From positions 103,788,001 to 103,852,000 of the forward strand of contig NC_043003.1 in the NCBI RefSeq assembly GCF_006345805.1: 64,000 nucleotides of DNA, given 5' to 3'. Source of the DNA: Octopus sinensis. Taxonomy: Eukaryota. The translations under genes and the position numbers were made by a program. Shown here piece by piece: positions 12,400-24,579 of this stretch; position 1 is the first letter of the stretch; each line of letters begins with the position of its first letter. The notes beneath the pieces are model-generated. The model did not search any database, was not told where the DNA came from, and was given only the letters and a program-made list of their open reading frames with translations.

Positions 12400-13090
12400 T
12401 GTGGAGACTGGAATCTTTCTGTATCTCCTTCTTGCAGTGGGTGGTGTATAACACACTTCCGACCTGCACAGATGGAGTTTGAAGGAGAACCAGCCGTGCA
12501 GACTATGTAGAGAAAGGAAGCAATCAAATCAAGGAGGTAAAGGTGTATATCTACTTAGGGCCTGCAATGAATATACACTGAGATACGGATGCTGAAATCT
12601 CAAAGAGAATAAGAGTAGGATGGAAAGCATTTAACTCAATAATGGATGTACTCTAAACAAAGCTAGACAATGCCAAACATGCCAGACTCTTCAGTAGCAC
12701 TGTCCTACCTGAGCTCTTATATGCAAGTGAAGTGTAGGCTAATACAAAGAGGGTAGAACACTGATTGGCTACAACACAAAGGGCCATGGAAAGATCTGTG
12801 CTCAGAATATCAGTAACAGAGCACATTTGAAACAAAAGAATTCAAGGATTGGCCAGAACGAATGATGTGATCACAGAGTACCATATCGCAAGATTCATAA
12901 ACAATGGGTGGACCTTTGCAGTTACTGAGTGGTATCCAAGAGATTGGAAAAGGCCATTTGCAAAACCTCTATGGCAATGGGATGACAATTTAGTTAAGTA
13001 ATTTTGGTAAAGATGGAAAAGAACAGTGCAATCAAGACAGAACTGGAAGTGCTCTGTGACCAGTGGCATACAACAACATCAGATGGTCTG
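12400..13090 (+). mobile_element. Degenerate RTE-clade LINE ORF2 C-terminal fragment
   Basis: IKEVKVYIYLG...EISKRIRVGWKAF...LFSSTVLPELLYASE...TTQRAMER, with stops. Confidence 0.7.
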
Positions 13091-14480
13091 GTCAGTACTG
13101 TGATATATATTTCATGTTTTGCTAAGAAGCAATGCATGGCACCAGAATTTTCAACTCAAGTCAAATACAAGAAACTACTCCAAATCCTTGTTAGAATCAA
13201 GACAGGTTAATTTCTGCTGGCATCAAGTTGTATAAATTGTAACATTGAAATCAAACCAAATAATATTTTGAAAATATTTAATGTTTCAGATCTGTATAAT
13301 TCCTATTATTTATTATAATACAGATCTGAAACATATATATTAAATGCTTTCAAAATATTGGTTTCAAATTTTGGCACAAGGCCAGTAATTTCAGGGGAGA
13401 GGTAAGTCAATTGCATTGATCCCAGTGTCCAACTGGTACTTAGTTTATCAACCCCAAACGAATTTAAGGCAAAGCTGCTAAGCATTTCGCCCGGCACAGT
13501 AACGATTCTGCCAGCTCATCGCTTTCAGAAATGCTTTCAAAATATCTGGTTTGACTTCCTTATTACAATTTATACATGTGTGTGTGTGCCATTGGCATCA
13601 TCATCATCAACATCAAAGGATTATGTCATGCATCAATGCTTGCTTTGGCATGATTTCTATGGCTGGATACCCTTCCTAATGTCAACCACTTTACAGAGTG
13701 TAATAGGTGGTGCTTTCTGTCATGGCACCAACCTAGAAATTATTGTCTCATAACTTGCAAGGTTAAGGCCTTGATATAGTCTTTATAACTATGGGAGAAC
13801 AGAAGAGAGAGTGGGTGATGATCCTAAGCAGAGGATTGAGGGAATGAAAAGAGGGCAGGCTGGGGTGGGGGGCATATGGCAGACAACAGGGAGAGGGAAG
13901 GGGTTTGTTGCATACATACACTTACATCTATCCATGTGTGCACGCATGTGCATGTGTGTGTATTTTGCAAGATTCTTGATGTGAAAGGATAAGGATACGC
14001 ACTAATGGAAAAGAGAATGGACTCAACAAAACAGGATGAGATATGTGGGATGGAGAGTCCCTGAAGAGGTCACAGGATGTGTGATGAAAGATTTCAGACA
14101 AAGGATACTAAAATAATAATAAAGTTGAAGAGAAGAATGAGTATAAAGTGCATGTGGTTATTTGGCAAAAAAAAAAAAAAAATCATCCCTAAATATAAAA
14201 AAATAATAAAAACGTATATAATTGTTATTCTACCAATTATATAAGTTTTTATTATTTTTTTGCAATTTACTTAATCATTGGTATTTTATTGTTATTTTAA
14301 TTTTAGTATTTCTATTATATGTAATTTTCTAGATGGTGAAATTTAATTGTTCATTTTGAATTGATAAAAGGTGGGTTTTTTTCTAATTTTTTATATATAT
14401 ATATTATATTCTGTGAAATTTGATTTAGTATTTCTAAATTGAATTTTTTTCCAGTAAGTTAGGATTAATATTCCCTCAAA

Positions 14481-14528
<48 letters not shown>

Positions 14529-14624
14529 AAAGTAAACACATAAATGTGAAACAAGGTGGAAAAAAGAGTGCTCAAATACCAGAGGTAGAGTAATATGCTT
14601 TATTTGAAAGCAGCAGAAATTTAA

Positions 14625-14673
14625 CAAAAGCTGTTACTCGGAGTTTCACGTTCCCGTTCATCAGACAGTTTTG
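14625..14673 (-). ncRNA. Canonical-core type I hammerhead ribozyme
   Basis: CUGU / CUGAUGA / ACG-GGAA-CGU / GAAA-CU-CCG-AG-UA / ACAG; stem I extended by CAAAA/UUUUG. Confidence 0.8.
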
Positions 14674-14689
14674 TTATGAACATACTGGA

Positions 14690-14738
14690 CAAAACTGTCC
14701 GACGAACAGGAACGAGAAACTCCGAGTAACAGCTTTTG
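14690..14738 (+). ncRNA. Damaged hammerhead copy (inverted twin of 14625-14673)
   Basis: Core CCGACGA and disrupted stem II ACAGGAACGA; stems I and III intact. Confidence 0.55.
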
Positions 14739-14947
14739 TTAAATTTCTGCTACTTTTAAATAAAGTATATATACATATATTTATAAACACACGCACACAC
14801 ACACACATATGCACAATATTCAGAAACCTGACCGCTTGCAAACTTTCTCTCCTCATGTCACTTGCATACGTACAGACACTAAACACTCATAAAACACTCA
14901 GCTACAGGAAGATAATACAGGAAAGATAAGTTGATGGCCATTCTTAC

Positions 14948-15052
14948 CTGGTGTGGCAATTTTCATTATTTACTGCAAACTGTGAAGGGTGCAGGAGTTC
15001 AATCTGGGCAGCAATGATATCTTTTGATTCTATCATATCACAATCATCTATA
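14948..15052 (-). CDS. Internal exon (IDDCDMIESKDIIAAQIELLHPSQFAVNNENCHT)
   Basis: Acceptor ttgtcttcccag, donor CAG|GTAAGA; 105 nt, phase 2 to 2, open frame. Confidence 0.75.
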
Positions 15053-16713
15053 CTGGGAAGACAAATCAACATCATCATCATCACCTTTATTTATATTAGT
15101 ATCATCATCATCATCATCATCATCAGTAGTAGTAGTAGGCATGGTTGTGTGATTAAAAAGCTTGCTTCTCAGCCATGTGGTCTCAGCTGCAGTCTCACTG
15201 CACGACACCTTAGGTAAGCATCTACTAATATAGCCCTAGGCCAACCAAATCCTTGTGAGTGAAACTAGTGGATGAAAACTGAAAGAAACATGTTGTTTTA
15301 CATATGTATAGGTGCAGGAATGGCTGTGTGGTAAGTAGCTTACTTACCAATCACATGGTTCTGGGTTCGGTCCCACTGCGTGGCACCTTGGGCAAGTGTC
15401 TTCTACTATAGCCTGACCAAAGCCTTGCGAGTAGATTTGGTAGATGGAAACTGAAAGAAGCTCATCGTATGTGTGTGTGTGTGTGTGTGTTTGTCCGCCC
15501 AACATCACTTGACAACTGATGCTGGTGTGTTTATGTCCCTGTAACTTAAAAGTTCAGCAAAAGAGACCGATAGTACTAGGCTTACAAAGAGTAAGTCCTA
15601 GGGTTGGTTTGCTTGACTAAAGGCAGTACTCCAGCATGGCCACAGTCAAATGACTGAAACAAGTGAAAGAGTAAAAGAATATATAAATGAAGCTTGTCAT
15701 TTTGTATTTACATACGCATGCATATATTTCATTATTAATGCTGGAGGCAGATAAATTAGTTCAAAATTTGCGATCAGTGTATACACTTCGAGTGTGTATA
15801 CTATTGAAAGCCTTCTAAGCTGCAGTATCCATCTCAAGAAAGTATCTTATAGATGGATAGTGTTAAAAACTGAAAGACAGCAGCAGCTGCAAGTCACCCA
15901 GCATTGTTGGTGAAATTGCAAGATCTAGATTTCGCTTGTTATCTTCATCGGTAGCAGATGTCCACGTCACTTCATGTCAAGCAAAGCAATACTGGTTGGT
16001 AGCTGATGTATATATCTTTACTACCCACAGGGGGCTAAACATAGAGGGGACAAACAAGGACAGACAAAGGGATTAAGTCGATTACATCGACCCCAGTGCG
16101 TAAACTGGTACATCCCGAAAGGATGAAAGGCAAAGTCAACCTCGGCGGAATTTGAACTCGGAACGTAGCAGCAGACGAAATACGGCTACACATTTTGCCT
16201 GGCGTGCTAACGTTTCTGCCAGCTCGCTGCCTTTTGCTAGCTGATATAGTTAAACAGCAATTGAAAGGTCACTGATTTTGCATTTAGCCAAAATTTAAAA
16301 CGATATCATTATCAATAATATTAATACGCTAACTTTTTGTTTTTGTATGTACCTGTTGTGTGCGTCACACTTCAAAGAAGTAGCAAAGTGAGAGAGAGGA
16401 GGACAGAGAGCAAGTAACTGAGAGAGAGAGAGAGAGAGAGAGTGAGAGAGAAAGTGAAAGAGACAGTGAGTGGTGACGGCGTTCGTTTTGTGCTTTTAAA
16501 TGTTTATCATATTGCAAGAAAAGTAGATACATAGACACATTGTCAAATCAAAAGCGGGAGAGAAGAGGGACACAAAGGAAGTGAAAGAGAAAGCGAGAGA
16601 GAGAGAGAGAGAGAGACAGTAGATGCATAAATCCAAAGAAAAGTTCATACATTGATATATATACACAGCAAATATTGGATGGAGGAAACAAGATAGAAAG
16701 AGAAAGAATGGTC

Positions 16714-16796
<83 letters not shown>

Positions 16797-16829
16797 CTAG
16801 AGAAAAATGTGAAACCATTTACTAATTAC

Positions 16830-16882
16830 CTTATCACACCACTGTCCTGTGTTCGATCTGTTTCTCCAAGTTCTTCTCCGGG
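16830..16882 (-). CDS. Internal exon (PGEELGETDRTQDSGVI)
   Basis: Acceptor ttttgttttgtctgcag, donor AG|GTAATT; 53 nt, phase 0 to 2, fits both neighbours. Confidence 0.7.
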
Positions 16883-17519
16883 CTGCAGACAAAACAAAAT
16901 AATAATCATTCTTCCTAGTAAAGGCATAAGGCCTGAAACTTGGGTGGGAGGGACTAGTCAATTACATTGACCCCCAGTATTTGACTGGTACTTATTTCAT
17001 CAACCCTAAAAGGATGGAAGACAAAAATCAACCTTGGCAGAATTTGAACAGGGAATGTAAAAGAAATGTTGCTGAACATTTTGTCTGATTTGGTTATGGT
17101 TCTGCTAGTTCACCGCCTTAATAATGATAATAAGCCTTTCTACTATAAACACAAGGCCTGAAATTTGAGGGTAAGAATTGGGAACAGTCAATTCCATTGA
17201 CTCCAGTGCTCAACTGGTACACATTTTATTGACTCTGAAAGAATTAAAAGCAAAACTGACCTTGGTGGAATTTGAATTCAGAATTTTGGATTCAGAATTT
17301 TGAGGGTGGGGATGAGTCAATTAGATCGACCCCAGTGTGTAACTGGTACTCAATTCATTGACCCCCGAAAGGATGAAAGGAACTCACAACATAGCAATGG
17401 CTGAAATATTGTCCAGCATGTTAACGATTCTGCCAGCTTGATGATTAATAATAATAATAATTAATTCGTTTTATTGGCCACAAGGGCTGACAAAAATCAT
17501 TTATAACATAAAGGGACAA

Positions 17520-17772
17520 CTGTGCCGGTGGCACGTAAAAAGCACCAACCGATCGTGGCCGTTGCCAGCCTCCTCTGGCACCTGTGCCGGTGGCATGTAA
17601 AAAGCACCTACTACACTCATGGAGTGGTTGGCGTTAGGAAGGGCATCCAGCTGTAGAAACACTGCCAGATCAGACTGGAGCCTGGTGCAGCCACCTGGCT
17701 TCCCAGACCCCGGTCAAACCGTCCAACCCATGCTAGAACGGAAAACGGACATTAAACGATGATGATGATGAT
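17520..17772 (+). mobile_element. RTE-LINE 3'UTR-derived short repeat. Other copies near 2935-3045, 53010-53172, 58180-58442, 60815-61010, 63640-63902 (+) and 20699-21200, 31770-32420, 41690-42000, 42530-43150 (-)
   Basis: Shared ggagtggttggcgttaggaagggcatccagctgtagaaac...catgctagcatggaaagcggacgttaaac(gat)n. Confidence 0.85.
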
Positions 17773-18585
17773 GAAAATCCTTTCTTGTTTTGGCACGAGG
17801 CCAGCAATTCTTGAGGAGTGTAGAAGTCAACTATATGAAGCTCAATTCTCAAACGGTACTTATTTTATTGACTACAAAAGGATGAAGGGCAAAGTCAACT
17901 TCACTGGCATTTGAAATCTGAACATAAAGCCGGAAGAAATGCTGCTAAGCATTTGTCTCGTGCAGTAATAATTCTGCTAATTCACTGTGTTAATAATAAT
18001 AATAATAATCCTTTCTTATTTTGGCACAAGGCCAGCAATTTTGAGGAGAGGGGGGAGTCAATTACATCAATCCCAGTGCTCAACTGGTGCTTATTTTGTT
18101 GGCATCAAAAGGATAAAAAGCAAAGTGGACTTCAAAAAGCAAAGGCAGACGAAATGCCACTCAGCATTTTGTCCGACAGGCTAATCGTTCTGCCAGCTTA
18201 CCACCTTAATAATAATAATAATAATAATAATCCTTTCTTATTTTGGCACAAGGCCAGCAATTTTGAGGAGAGGGGGGAGTCAATTACATCAATCCCAGTG
18301 CTCAACTGGTGCTTATTTTGTTGGCATCAAAAGGATAAAAAGCAAAGTGGACTTCAAAAAGCAAAGGCAGACGAAATGCCACTCAGCATTTTGTCCGACA
18401 GGCTAATCGTTCTGCCAGCTTACCACCTTAATAATAATAATAATAATAATCCTTTCTACTATAGGCACAAGGCCTGAAATTTGGGGCAGGGGGATAGTCG
18501 ATTACATCTTCCCCCAGTACTCAACTGGTACTTCATTTATTGATCCTAAAAGGATGAAAAGCAAAGTCGACCTTGGTAGAATTTG

Positions 18586-18740
18586 AACTTAGAATCTGAA
18601 GATGGATTAAATGGATTAACTTAGAATCTGAAGATGGATTAAATGGATTAACTTAGAATCTGAAGATGGATTAAATGGATTAACTTAGAATCTGAAGATG
18701 GATTAAATGGATTAACTTAGAATCTGAAGATGGATTAAAT
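18586..18740. repeat. Perfect 32-bp tandem repeat, about 4.8 copies
   Basis: aacttagaatctgaagatggattaaatggatt at 18586, 18618, 18650, 18682, 18714. Confidence 0.9.
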
Positions 18741-19046
18741 GCCGCCATGTATTTTGCCTGGCATACGAACAATTCTGCCAGATTGCTGCCTTAAATTAAT
18801 AATAATAATAATAATGGTTTCAAATTTTGCCACAAGGGCAGCAATTTTGGGGCAGGAGATAAGTTGATTACGTCAACCCCAGTATTCAATCGGTGCCTAT
18901 TTTAATCAATCCTGAAAATGAAAGGCAAAGTTGACCTCGGCAGAATTTGAACTCAGAACGTAGGGAGAGGCAAAGTACTGCTAAACACTTCGTCCGATGA
19001 TTCTGCCTGCTTGCTACCTTATTAATAACAATAATAACAACATTAC

Positions 19047-19459
19047 CTTTTGATGGAACTGGTGAATGCTAGTTCTGTCTGAACTGTTCAATAGGTTTAT
19101 ATTTTCTGTTATCAAAGAATTCGATACACTAATTGAGGAATTTGGTAGAATGTAAATGTCTTTAGTCACATCTGCTGACTGTAATGGAGTTTTACCAAGG
19201 GTTGGTTTGGGTTGAATTGATGAATGAGGGTGTGGTGAGAGTTGCTGCCGTTGCTCATGGTCTTCTTCTTCTTGAGAAAGGTTGCGGAACTCCGTGGAGC
19301 TGACATTATTTATGTTCAGGTCATCCACGACAGTTGGAAGGCTTGTGTAAGGTGTCATGGAGTCAGGATTGAAATTATCCATTTGCTGGAAGTCTCCATC
19401 ATCATCCTCATTTGACACCGAGTTATATCTTGAGGACTGATTCTTCATTTCATCTGACA
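19047..19459 (-). CDS. Internal exon of the BED/coiled-coil gene; acidic, Ser/Asn-rich low-complexity segment (SDEMKNQSSRYNSVSNEDDDGDF...HQFHQK)
   Basis: 413-nt stop-free frame between polypyrimidine acceptor ttttttccag and donor AAG|GTAATG; phase 1 to 0. Confidence 0.75.
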
Positions 19460-20324
19460 CTGGAAAAAACGAAAAAAAAAACTGAAATGACAATACACCA
19501 CATTCACTGTAGACCTTAACTTCCCACAAGACACTTAAGAAAAAAATACACCACATTCACTGTAGACCTTAACTTCCCACAAGACACTTATTAAGAAAAA
19601 AAAAACCCCAACAAAGACAACTTTTACATGGTTGCTTCACCTGTGAGAAACAGCACCCAAATCATCCTCAAAATACACAACCATCTAATGGGGTGAAAGA
19701 CTAAGTAAACACCAACAACTTAGAAGTAAAAAAAAATGTTAGTCAATGCTGCAAATTATTTTGTTCATAGGTTCCATTAATCCATAAAACTAACGCTGGC
19801 TATTTTGGGAAACAACCTTCAACATGTATAACATGTAATCAATTCCTTAGTTTGTGCAGTGATCGTGCTTTTGCACAGTGGTAAATGCCACTACCCTCCA
19901 CTATTGTTGCTGAAAGAGCTAAAGTAGGTTTTACTTATAGAATGGCTCAAAATTACCCCCAAAACTGTTCAGAACACCTGTACAAGTTAATTTCTTGACA
20001 TACTAAAGGCATGATTGATGTTAAAGATGGATTAGTAATAAAACTTCCATTTAACAAGATGTTTCCATTATTTTATTCAACACCCACCCACCTACCTAAA
20101 CCTACCTACTTTAAGGTTATCATGAAAAGCCTGGGTGGAGGCCCAACCTTCCAAGTTCTTTGACAAGGCTCAGAAAAACTGAAGGATTGCTGAATGAATC
20201 TGAGAGGGGAATATGTTGAATAAATAATAATTAACTGATTCCACTGGATTTTCTTTTACCCAAAGCCAGGAGTTTTTCAGCACCCTCTTATCTCTCTCTC
20301 TCTGTCTATATATATATATAAAAA

Positions 20325-20475
20325 CAAAACTGTCTGATGAACAGGAACATGAAACTCTGAGTAACAGTTTTTGTGATATATTTGCTGCGTTTTAATAGAC
20401 CGTATTATTCTACCTCTGGTATTTGAGTACTATTTTTTCCACCTTGTTTCACATTTATGTACTTACTCTGGTATG
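20325..20475 (+). mobile_element. Short hammerhead-headed PLE-type element, same family as 14526-14673
   Basis: CTGT-CTGATGA-ACAGGAACAT-GAAA-CTCTGAGTA-ACAG, followed by the same ...tacctctggtatttgagtac...ttccaccttgtttcacatttatg tail; flanked by TA repeats. Confidence 0.7.
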
Positions 20476-22601
20476 TATATCTATATATATTGGAAGATAC
20501 AAATAAGATGATCATTTATTTTCAAATGCTGAGATAGTGTTTAAAAACAAATTATCCTCTTATATGTATCTTACAATATACATTTCAACACTTAAAAAAA
20601 ATATATATATTAGTTTGTTTATATTCATATACACATTATATATATACATACACACATACATATATATGAGGCCTTAAAAGCATATCATCTATGTTTATAC
20701 ATCATCATCATCATTCAACGTCCGCTTTCCATGCTAGCATGGGTTGGACGGTTTGACTGTGGGCTGGCAAACCAAATGGCTGCACCAGGCTCCAGTCTTG
20801 ATCTGGCAGAGTTTCTACAGCTGGATGCCCTTCCTAACGCCAACCACTCCAAGAGTGTAGTGGGTGCTTTTACGTGCCACCAGCACGAGGGCCAGTCAGG
20901 AGGTACTGGCAACGATCTCGCTCGAATCTTTTTACACATGCCACCAGCACAGGTGCCAGTAAGGCGATGTTGGTAATGATCCCACTCAAATGGTGCCCTT
21001 TTTCATGCCACCTGCACGGAAGCCAGTTAGCCGCTCTGGCAACAATCATGCTTGGATGGTGCCCTTAGCACCCTACTAGCACGGGGCGCAAGTACCAGTA
21101 AGGCGAAGCTGGTAACAATCACACTCGAATGGTGCCTTTTATGTGCCACTGGCACGGAAGCTGGTTAGCTGTTCTGTCAACGATCACGCTCGTATGGTGC
21201 TCATGCCTGTCATCAAATTTTACTTTGATTTTGATTTCGCATCTGTACTCAATTTGTCCTTGAATCTTTTCCTTACATCTTCCAAACACCCACACCTCCT
21301 TCACTCTTCTGAGTATGCCACTATTCACTCAGCTGCTGTAATTCTCTACCACTCACCATCCATGGAACCACTTCCTTTTCTCATGCATTCTCAGTATTAT
21401 CACTCCATTTTACCCTCCATTCACCCCAGCTGATCATCTTCCACTATTTCCACCCTTATGTACTTCTAATTGCATCCTGGCACTGTGCATCTTTCTTGCA
21501 CCACAACCCCACACACTTCACATCATGTGCTGCCACCTATCATCTCCCCAATCCACTCCTACTTCCTCCACCTTCTCCTGCAATTCACAACTGATCATGT
21601 CTCCACCCGTGTTCACCACTCACTGCCTTTTCCCTCTATTTCCATCCCTGTTCGTCTGTCACCCTCCTCTCACACTTACTTCGCCATCCAAACCTCTTCT
21701 CTTGATAAGCACTGACATCTTCACCACCAATCTTGCCAACTGGGATAACCCTAACCCTAACCCCTACAGCAGGACACCAGTTCCTGTCTCTGTCATATTT
21801 TAACCTGGCATAAAAGTCCACTGCCCTCGGTACTATCTCTACCTCGTTTGAGGGAGCATGTCTTGCAAATTACTTGCTAACCTCATGATGCTAATACCAT
21901 TAAAAAAAAAAAAAGATTCAGTACATTCTGTAAAGTATTGGGAGATTATAAAAAATAAATTGCAAAGTAAATATAAACAAAAGTTATAGTGATCTTGTTT
22001 AGGAATCTAGTAGAGATTAAATGTGAAAGATGGTTGTCCCTTTAACATATACGTTGTTTTCAGAAATCATTAAAAAACATTAAATGCTCTGAATTGACCC
22101 AAGCAAGCGAGCGAGCGAGTTTGGTTTTTGAGTGGATGAGTGAGAGAGAGAGAGAGAGAGTGAGAGAGAGAGAGAGAAAGAGAGAGAGAGAATTAAACTT
22201 CAGTTCATAAATATTTTATTGCCATCAAACAAATCTTTTAAAGAGCTGTTTGTTAATCTCATCATTGAATGTACATTATATATAAATACATACAAAAGAT
22301 TTTCATATATACACCCACAAGCGCATGAAAGTAATCTGGAAATACCTGTACACTAACAAAGGTGGCACCTGAAATTAAACTCCCAGGCAGAGCTCAAACA
22401 GCTCAAGATTAAAGTTTGAACTGCCCTTTGGGTGTTCACTAAGCCTTTTCACTGATTGTATGTATATATAAATACATATATCATACATTTATGCAGTGCT
22501 CCAGCATGATCGCAGGATAATGACTGAAAAATAAAAGAATATATACATACTTTCACACACATACTTATAAACACATATAAACACACATTTATATATATAT
22601 C

Positions 22602-22631
<30 letters not shown>

Positions 22632-22633
<2 letters not shown>

Positions 22634-22775
22634 CTAGCAATACACCCCAGCGTTGCCCGGGTGTTATGACCTACAGCCACATTGTATTATCTGTTCCTTT
22701 CTTATGAACAGAATCGGCACATGAGGAGTATGAAGCAAACAACTCTTCTTTATGAACTTGTTTTTTGGTTATTCT
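22632..22775 (+). mobile_element. Helitron-like non-autonomous element 5' end; related longer copy 24860-25330 with sub-repeats at 24600-24810 and 26000-26240
   Basis: actagcaatacacccc..cgttgcccgggtgttatgacc start shared by two copies; superfamily call from recalled 5' motif. Confidence 0.45.
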
Positions 22776-22939
22776 CTGATGGACAATGCTGCAGTTTCCG
22801 TCTACCAAATTCAGTCACATACCTGTGGTTGGCCTAGGGCTATAGTAGAAAACACTTGCCCAAACTACATGCAGAGGGACTGAACATGGAACCATGTGGT
22901 TGGGAAGCAAACTTCTCAACCACACAGTCAGTATTGCAC

Positions 22940-22977
<38 letters not shown>

Positions 22978-23983
22978 ATTTGTTGTTAAATCGAGTATTG
23001 TGTCCCAGTATGTCTCAAGGTTAGCAGTTCATCAAGCAGAGATCTATAAAATAAATACCAAATTGAAATACGTACTGAGGCCAGTATGATCAATTGAATT
23101 TTTGAAGGTGATACCCCATCATGGCGACAGCTGAAAGACTAAACCCAGTAAAATACTTAATGGCTTCAAATTTAAAGTAATGCATTACTAACCACAAGAT
23201 AATGAGTTCAAAACTTTGTGCTGGACTTCCACTCTATACAATAACACTATATGTACATTGCAGTCTATTTGACTTCCAACAATTAATAATTGTAATTTGA
23301 AGTTGAATGGTTAGCAATAAGAAAGATGTCCAGATTTCTTTAAAAATTATTGTGCAAAATATTTTGAGAAAAAGTACTTTTTTCACCACAAAATACACAC
23401 ACACACACAGGTGTATCTGTGGTAAGTTGGGCTACTACAAATAGCAGCCAAATCCCTCTTAAAACACACCCTTTCATTAAAAGACATAGATTTACAGTAT
23501 TTCAGGGTGAAAAAAAAATAAACAAAACAAAACTATGTGATGGGTCTGCTACATCAGAGGCAACTCTGGGCTAAACAAAACACAAACAAACATATTTCAC
23601 ATTAAAAGATTATCTACTATGTATAGGTATAGGAGTAGCTGTGTGGTAAGTAGCTTGCTTACCAACCACATGGCTCTGGGTTCAGTCCTACTGCGTGGCA
23701 CCTTGGGCAAGTGTCTTCTACTATAGCTTCAGGCCGACCAAAGCCTTGTGAGTGGATTTGGTAGACGTCCCCGTAACTTAGCAGTTCAGCAAAAGAGACC
23801 GATAGAATAAGTACTAGGCTTACAAAGAATAGATCCTGGGGTCGATTTGCTCGACTAAAGGCAGTGCTCCAGCATGGCCACAGTCACATGACTGAAACAA
23901 GTAAAAGAGTACTAAATAATACTAATAAAGTTGAAGGTATATCTTCAAAGTTTCATTCCCTGGTAAAACTCCCTGCATTTTAA

Positions 23984-24579
23984 CCCTTTTGTTACTATAT
24001 TTCTAAGTAAAACAGACTCCTTATGAGTTTCAATTAAATTCTAAAATCATCACGAATTTAGACTGGTTTCATTAAACAGCTATTTTACTTATTGATATAT
24101 CGTGATTTTTGGAACACAAGTGAAGAAAAGGCTCTTAATCAATTCTATTGCATAACTTTTGTCTCTAAGTGACTTTAATTACAAGTAAATATATGTAAAC
24201 CACAAGCTATCTTTTTTCTCAGTTTGTTTCCATAATGATTGCTTTAAACAAAATTACAAGCTTACATTTGATTGATTTCTCCATATCTTCTGTTGAAAAG
24301 CTCAAAATTCAGAACCATTGCTTTATCAAGCAGTGATTCTGAAATTGTTATCCACTTTAAAAGTTGGAAAAAAAAAAAATCGCTGAAGAGAAAATGTGGA
24401 AAAAAATCTCCCAAACTTTGCACAGCTCAGATATCACATCAAGCAATATCAGATACTGTAACTCGACTAATCATGTGTTTTTACGAATGTACTAATGAGA
24501 TTTGTGCTGAAATTCACATTTAAATATCAGCCGGCTTCAGCTAGGTTGGTTGTTTTCGCCCAGGTTGGGAATGAAAAGG
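23984..24579. mobile_element. piggyBac-type non-autonomous element
   Basis: TTAA-CCCTTTTG ... GAAAAGG-TTAA. Confidence 0.65.

Larger units (their letters stand above)
16900..19020 (-). repeat. Head-to-tail chain of about 8 family-B SINE copies, mostly separated by (AAT)n
   Basis: Repeated ggcacaaggcc..cccagt..actggtact..aaaggatgaaa..ctgccag units in the same orientation. Confidence 0.8.

Noticed and set aside
15875-15970. Open frame (VTWTSATDEDNKRNLDLAISPTML) on the minus strand
   Set aside because: Weak acceptor and phase incompatible with the flanking exons.
17911-18477. 188-aa ORF with an exact internal repeat
   Set aside because: Chance frame across two duplicated SINE copies and AAT runs.
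19957-19977. 21-nt phase 1-1 micro-exon candidate (VLNSFG)
   Set aside because: Splice sites plausible but not needed for the frame; easily a chance match.
21749-21764. Telomere-like (CCCTAA)n, also TTAGGG at about 52046
   Set aside because: Only 2-3 units embedded in repeat remnants.
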